From a virus (taxonomy: Duplodnaviria; Caudoviricetes), in the IMG/VR virus record IMGVR_UViG_3300044825_003095, positions 1 to 60,305 of that record: a stretch of DNA of 60,305 nt, one strand, 5' to 3'. Both the position numbers and the translations under genes were made by a program. The notes beneath the pieces were generated by a model. That model did not search any database. It was not told where the DNA came from and saw only the letters and a program-made list of their open reading frames with translations. This document shows positions 56,025-60,305 of the stretch, in pieces; within the stretch, counting starts at the first letter, position 1, and every line of letters begins with the position of its first letter.

Positions 56025-57071
56025 TCAAGCAGTCAGCTCAGCGCAGAGAACGCGGAACGCATGCGCCGCCGCCAGAGGGCAAACGCCGTTGCCGGCGAGT
56101 CGGAGAGCGTCACGACGGGCCAGCCCATGAGAAGGAAAACGAACTGCGGGTTTAGGCGCCGGCGGTCGCATGGCCTTTGCCAAGGCTGCGCGAATCTCCG
56201 GTTGCGGGCGCCCCAGTATCGAATGGTCCAGCAATCCAGCAGAAACCGCGTGCGCGGCGTAGAGATCGACGCGCGAGTGAGCCGGCGCAAGGTCCGGGCG
56301 CTCGGAAATGAGCGAGTGCCATGCGTCGACGTCTCCGGGGCCCGGAGGAAAGAGAGGCAGTGCTCCGCCTGTCCCGCCAGCAACAGCTCCCCGCTCCGCT
56401 CGTTTCCTCTGCACACCGATCCGGCCATCGCCGTTGCCGCCGCCGGCGTGCACCACTGCTGCGCTTCCCGACCAAGGCATCGGCCGCCGCCAGCCGGGTT
56501 CATCGCATTCGCTTCGGACCTCGGATTCGTGTCGTGGGACATCGGTGTCGCCCATGATTGCGAGGCAGAACAGCCGCTCTCGTCTGTGCGGCGCGCCGAC
56601 TTCCTCCGCAGTGAACAGGCCCGCCGCAACTCGATAGCCCATGCCTTGAAGCTCTCGGGCGACGACGTCGAATCCGAGTCCAAGATGGCCGGGGACGTTC
56701 TCGAGGAAAACACACTGAGCTGCCGACTCCCGAACGACACGCGCGACGTGCGGCCACAGGTGGCGAGGATCGTCCGCGCCCCTGCGCTTTCCTGCGAGGG
56801 AGAACGGCTGGCACGGGTAGCCCGCAGTGACGAGATCCACGATTCCACGCCACGGGCGGCCGTCGAAGGTTCGCAGATCGCTCCACACAGGGAAGCGATC
56901 GACGCATCCCTCGCGCATCGCCCACGCCAGGTACGCGCAGGCGCCGGCTTCCCACTCAACCCCGCAGACGACGCGAGCGCCGGGAACGGCCAGCTCGACG
57001 CCGAGGTCGAGCCCAGCGCCTCCGGTGCAGAGTGAGAGCACGTTGAAGGGGAGATGATCCACATTGTTCAC
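56025..57071 (-). CDS. C5 cytosine DNA methyltransferase
   Basis: LSLCTGGAGLDLG, TAGYPCQPFS, FLENVPG, HRRERLF, LRLAGNGVCP. Confidence 0.92.
   Translation of the reverse strand: MNNVDHLPFNVLSLCTGGAGLDLGVELAVPGARVVCGVEWEAGACAYLAWAMREGCVDRFPVWSDLRTFDGRPWRGIVDLVTAGYPCQPFSLAGKRRGADDPRHLWPHVARVVRESAAQCVFLENVPGHLGLGFDVVARELQGMGYRVAAGLFTAEEVGAPHRRERLFCLAIMGDTDVPRHESEVRSECDEPGWRRPMPWSGSAAVVHAGGGNGDGRIGVQRKRAERGAVAGGTGGALPLFPPGPGDVDAWHSLISERPDLAPAHSRVDLYAAHAVSAGLLDHSILGRPQPEIRAALAKAMRPPAPKPAVRFPSHGLARRDALRLAGNGVCPLAAAHAFRVLCAELTA
56033..57064 (-). CDS. Nested alternative-frame polypeptide of the C5 MTase (TRD/motif IX-like)
   Basis: WATP, WCTP and LNPQFVFLLMGWP in a second frame; true start unknown. 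Confidence 0.6.
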   Translation of the reverse strand: MWIISPSTCSHSAPEALGSTSASSWPFPALASSAGLSGKPAPARTWRGRCARDASIASLCGAICEPSTAARGVESWISSLRATRASRSPSQESAGARTILATCGRTSRVSFGSRQLSVFSSRTSPAILDSDSTSSPESFKAWAIELRRACSLRRKSARRTDESGCSASQSWATPMSHDTNPRSEANAMNPAGGGRCLGREAQQWCTPAAATAMAGSVCRGNERSGELLLAGQAEHCLSFLRAPETSTHGTRSFPSARTLRRLTRASISTPRTRFLLDCWTIRYWGARNRRFAQPWQRPCDRRRLNPQFVFLLMGWPVVTLSDSPATAFALWRRRMRSAFSALS

Positions 57072-57119
57072 TTCACCCCCAATGCGTCGAGCGAGGCGGC
57101 GAGGATGTCCGCGTAGTCG

Positions 57120-57746
57120 TCAGCTTGCATCGGTAGGTTCCTTCGTGGTTTCGTCCAGCGGCGGCTTGTCGATCATCCTGATGGTCTCATCGGGGACCAT
57201 CGGGCCGCCCGTCTCCGGTTGTCGGCCGGCGGCGGCACTGTCGAGCGATCGAATCGCGTCCTGCATGGTTCTGATCTCGCCAACGGTCAGTAGATCGCCG
57301 TTGGTGCAAGTCATCACCACCACGTCATACGGGCAGTCGAAGTACGCTGGCCGTCCCATTGCCGGAATCGGCTGGCCCAGTTTCAGCAGCGGACCCATGA
57401 CGCGCGTTGCATCACGCATCGCATCCCTCGCCGCCTCGCACTCGGACCGCATCCGGTCGACGTACTTCCACAGCTTCGACTCCGGCGGCTCGCCCTCATG
57501 CCCCGTTGCGATGCCGCGACGCACGATCTCGTCGAGCATGCCTTGGAATCGCCCCCGCAACGTTCCCGGCGATGAGTCGGTGAGCTTGGCGATGCGTTCG
57601 GCCTGCTCGGCGTACGCGGAGAGGATGGGGCGGCAGCGCCGGCCGAGCAACACTGTTCGGCCTCCAAGCAGGTCGGGGTGATACGGGGGCATCGCGTCGA
57701 TCTCCGCCAGCAACTCGCGTGCGGCCTCGGGGGTGGGGTCAGCCAT
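57120..57746 (-). CDS. Hypothetical protein
   Basis: SD GGGAGG, MADPTPEAAREL... Confidence 0.6.
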   Translation of the reverse strand: MADPTPEAARELLAEIDAMPPYHPDLLGGRTVLLGRRCRPILSAYAEQAERIAKLTDSSPGTLRGRFQGMLDEIVRRGIATGHEGEPPESKLWKYVDRMRSECEAARDAMRDATRVMGPLLKLGQPIPAMGRPAYFDCPYDVVVMTCTNGDLLTVGEIRTMQDAIRSLDSAAAGRQPETGGPMVPDETIRMIDKPPLDETTKEPTDAS

Positions 57747-58041
57747 GCTTGCCTCCCTTCCCCGCCTTCGCCGCCGCGTGGAGGGCGTCGAGGGATTCGA
57801 AATGCTCCGCCTGCGCAGGGGGTTCCATTCGGGTGAACGATGCCGCACGGACCTTCGCCCACGCCTGCGCCGCTGCGGTGTAGATCAGGGCGGCGGCTGT
57901 CTCGTTACCGATGTCTGAACTGAACCTGCTAATAGCCCAATAACGACTTCCGTTCTCTCGCTTCATGGTGCAGCACATCGGCATGTACGCCTCGCCCAGC
58001 CAGAGGCGGAAGTCGGCGTCGTATTGGTGGAGGTCAGGCAT
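57739..58041 (-). CDS. Hypothetical protein
   Basis: Overlapping operon member. Confidence 0.55.
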   Translation of the reverse strand: MPDLHQYDADFRLWLGEAYMPMCCTMKRENGSRYWAISRFSSDIGNETAAALIYTAAAQAWAKVRAASFTRMEPPAQAEHFESLDALHAAAKAGKGGKHG

Positions 58042-58540
58042 TCGTCTTTCCCCACCGAATGAGATCGGACATGATGTCGGCCGTAAGCATCTCGCCTAGG
58101 CCATCCATGTGTGTGCGGTACAGCCGATCAACGATCTTCATGGCCAGGGCGGCACGCTCGGACGCCTTGCCGTTCGTCGTGAGCATTCCGGCACCGAGCC
58201 CGGCGCTCACGGCCTGCACGCCAAGCTCGATGGCAAGCGAGCACGTCGCGTATCCCATGCGTCCGAGCCTGTCGTAGCCGTCGATGTCAGTTGCGATCGC
58301 CACGCCGTTGAGCTGCGCGAGTCCGGCGCGGATGAAGTCGGACATCGCACCGGCCTTGTCTCTCCCGAGCTTGTGGCCAGCAGCAGCCGCAAGGGCATTG
58401 ATCCTGTCGCAGTCGAGCTTGACGTGCGCATCGTCGCGCACAAACGTCCCCCCGATCGTGTCCAGAACCTCGGCCATCTTCGCGCCGCGTTCGATCATCG
58501 CCTCCACATCTTCATGGCCGGTATCGTGGGAGCTTGTCAC
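58034..58540 (-). CDS. Hypothetical protein
   Basis: GTGA-coupled ORF. Confidence 0.6.
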   Translation of the reverse strand: MTSSHDTGHEDVEAMIERGAKMAEVLDTIGGTFVRDDAHVKLDCDRINALAAAAGHKLGRDKAGAMSDFIRAGLAQLNGVAIATDIDGYDRLGRMGYATCSLAIELGVQAVSAGLGAGMLTTNGKASERAALAMKIVDRLYRTHMDGLGEMLTADIMSDLIRWGKTNA

Positions 58541-58869
58541 TTCTGCACCGTCCTCTTCTGCTGCGGCCTCATCATCCGCAGCGATTGAGCCGTGTCCTCC
58601 ATCGCCGCCGCCGTCCGCTGCTGCGCATCGAATGCCGACTGCACCAGGTCGCTCGCCCGGATGACCGCCGCGTCGCGGTCCGCGTATGCGGCGTCGAGCG
58701 CAGTCTGGTCACGTTCGTACTGCCAGTGCGCGCCTCGCATGAACGCGAGCCATGCGACCGCACCGGCCAGCGATGCGCCGAGCAGGATGTACATGACCAT
58801 CGAGGCGAGCGAGCGGCGGACCTGCTTGGGGGTGGCCGTGCCGGTGATTTTGGGGAAGGCGGGGTTCAC
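58537..58869 (-). CDS. Membrane protein
   Basis: SD GGAGGA, GTG start, one TM helix. Confidence 0.6.
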   Translation of the reverse strand: MNPAFPKITGTATPKQVRRSLASMVMYILLGASLAGAVAWLAFMRGAHWQYERDQTALDAAYADRDAAVIRASDLVQSAFDAQQRTAAAMEDTAQSLRMMRPQQKRTVQK

Positions 58870-59180
58870 TTGGCGTTCCTCCTGTTGCGTGCGGCGAGCA
58901 TGGCGTCGGCCTTGACATATCGAATCGCGGCCTCGACATCGGCGTACCATCGGACCACTTCCATCATGTCGTCCGACTTGGGCATCGGTCGTCCGGCCAT
59001 GAACTTACACGCTTCATAGTCGAAGCCGTCAACGCTGCAGTCGCTGTCGCTGACCACTCGCAGCGTTGCGGCGAACCAGTCACGCAGTGACATGCCATCG
59101 TGGTTGTTGATGTGATTCAGGATGAAGTCGTTCTGTGGGAACGCCGGTCCTCCGTCGTCATGCTTGTTCGTGTCGTTCAC
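58866..59180 (-). CDS. Conserved phage protein (GGPAFP...GMSLRDWFA...ADAML family)
   Basis: Recognisable widespread phage motif. Confidence 0.8.
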   Translation of the reverse strand: MNDTNKHDDGGPAFPQNDFILNHINNHDGMSLRDWFAATLRVVSDSDCSVDGFDYEACKFMAGRPMPKSDDMMEVVRWYADVEAAIRYVKADAMLAARNRRNAK

Positions 59181-59632
59181 TTGAGCACCTCCGGCGGCTC
59201 GATGCCGCAGAGCGAGTAGGCGAGCTTGAGCTTGGCGAAGAGGCGGTTGTCGCTCCTGAAATCGAACAGGATGTTGCACTCCGGGGCCAGGTACAAGTCC
59301 TTGAACTGAATGCAGTACGCCCCGCCGACTCTGGCGTACGCAATCGACGCTTGTCGTTTGTGCGTCTCTTCCTCCAGCAGTCGATCCACCCCGAACTCGA
59401 TCCGCTCGGCGGCGGTCGCGTCGTCGCAGTCGTACAGGTGCGTCTCGCCGGTGGTATTGCCGTTGGGGTACTTCCTGCGGCTTCGATATACCCACAGTGG
59501 TTCATGCGAAGAACCGACGAACGCGGGGTTGACGAACGTCAATTCGGCTTCGAGGAATCGCGGCCTGCACTCCGGCCGTTCCTGCCACAGCCGCTCCACG
59601 GCGGCGTGGATGGTTGAGGGGGTGGTGGTCAT
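59177..59632 (-). CDS. Hypothetical protein
   Basis: MTTTPSTIHAAVERLW..., ATGA-coupled. Confidence 0.6.
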   Translation of the reverse strand: MTTTPSTIHAAVERLWQERPECRPRFLEAELTFVNPAFVGSSHEPLWVYRSRRKYPNGNTTGETHLYDCDDATAAERIEFGVDRLLEEETHKRQASIAYARVGGAYCIQFKDLYLAPECNILFDFRSDNRLFAKLKLAYSLCGIEPPEVLK

Positions 59633-60305
59633 GGGCCGACGCTCTCCGCAATCTCGGCTTCCGCCAGCCGCTTCATGTCGGCCATCGCGGCATCGTTGGA
59701 ATCGAAGAACCGGGTCATCGGAACGGCGTGCGGAGAGCTGGCCCGGTAGATCATGCTTGCCGCGAGCGGCGTGTCGAATCGCTTCTCCAGTGCGTAGCCA
59801 GCCTCTCCAGCGAGATGCACAACGTGTCCAGCGCGGCAGTGCGTCGTGTTGCACCGATGCCATATCGACATGTCGAGCGCCCCCGGAACGCTGACCGCTT
59901 CCAACACGCGCTGATGGATGTTCTCGATCTTCGGCACTTCCACCGGGGCCTGCTGTGCTGGGCTCCAGCCCGAGCAGTCCGAGCAGCGCGAGCAGTCCGA
60001 GCAGCGCGAGCAGTGCGAGCAGTCCGAGCAGCGCGAGCAGTCCGAGCAGCGCGAGCAGTGCGAGCAGTCCGAGCAGTGCGAGCAGTCCGAGCAGTGCGAG
60101 CAGTCCGAGCACTCCGAGCAGCCCGAGCAGCCCGAGCAGCCCGAGCAGCGCGAGCAGCGCGAGCAGTGCGAGCAGTCCGAGCAGTGCGAGCAGTCCGAGC
60201 ACTCCGAGCAGCCCGAGCAGCCCGAGCAGCCCGAGCAGCGCGAGCAGCGCGAGCAGTCCGAGCAGCGCGAGCAGCGCGAGCAGTCCGAGCAGCCCGAGCA
60301 GCCCG
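59629..60305 (-). CDS. 3' part of Cys-Ser-X repeat protein, with C-terminal WHxCxTTHCRAG domain
   Basis: CSx repeats read in frame into WSPAQQAPVEVPKIENIHQ...LDMSIWHRCNTTHCRAGHVVHLAG. Confidence 0.85.
   Translation of the reverse strand, partial: GCSGCSDCSRCSRCSDCSRCSRCSGCSGCSGCSECSDCSHCSDCSHCSRCSRCSGCSGCSGCSECSDCSHCSDCSHCSDCSHCSRCSDCSRCSDCSHCSRCSDCSRCSDCSGWSPAQQAPVEVPKIENIHQRVLEAVSVPGALDMSIWHRCNTTHCRAGHVVHLAGEAGYALEKRFDTPLAASMIYRASSPHAVPMTRFFDSNDAAMADMKRLAEAEIAESVGP

Noticed and set aside
1-60305. CRISPR array, integrase/att site, DGR reverse transcriptase
   Set aside because: No 25-45 nt repeats with unique spacers, and no recombinase or reverse transcriptase motifs seen by eye.

Overview
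This window is most likely a complete, circularly permuted genome (~60.2 kb, roughly 70% GC by eye) of a tailed dsDNA phage. Bases 1-125 equal 60181-60305, and a Cys-Ser-X repeat gene joins in frame across that junction. The architecture is podovirus-like: terminase, portal, scaffold and major capsid genes lie on the + strand, converging on adaptor, nozzle and giant ejection-protein genes on the - strand. I found no tape measure protein, integrase, DNA polymerase or recognisable endolysin. Other modules are an early region of ~20 small genes with palindromic operator-like sites and shared intergenic cassettes, a tRNA-Arg(CCU), a replication initiator with internal iterons, YqaJ/RecT/SMC-like ATPase, a beta clamp, GroES, an Acb2/Tad1-like protein and two unusual DNA methyltransferases. 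The top finding is a 4-unit TIGR-like dual-spacer array (strict 9+9 nt period, 48621-48773). It runs directly into an N-terminally minimal Nop/IS110-like Tas gene, which overlaps the start of a separate RuvC gene. All protein calls are from motif recognition by eye; no searches were run.
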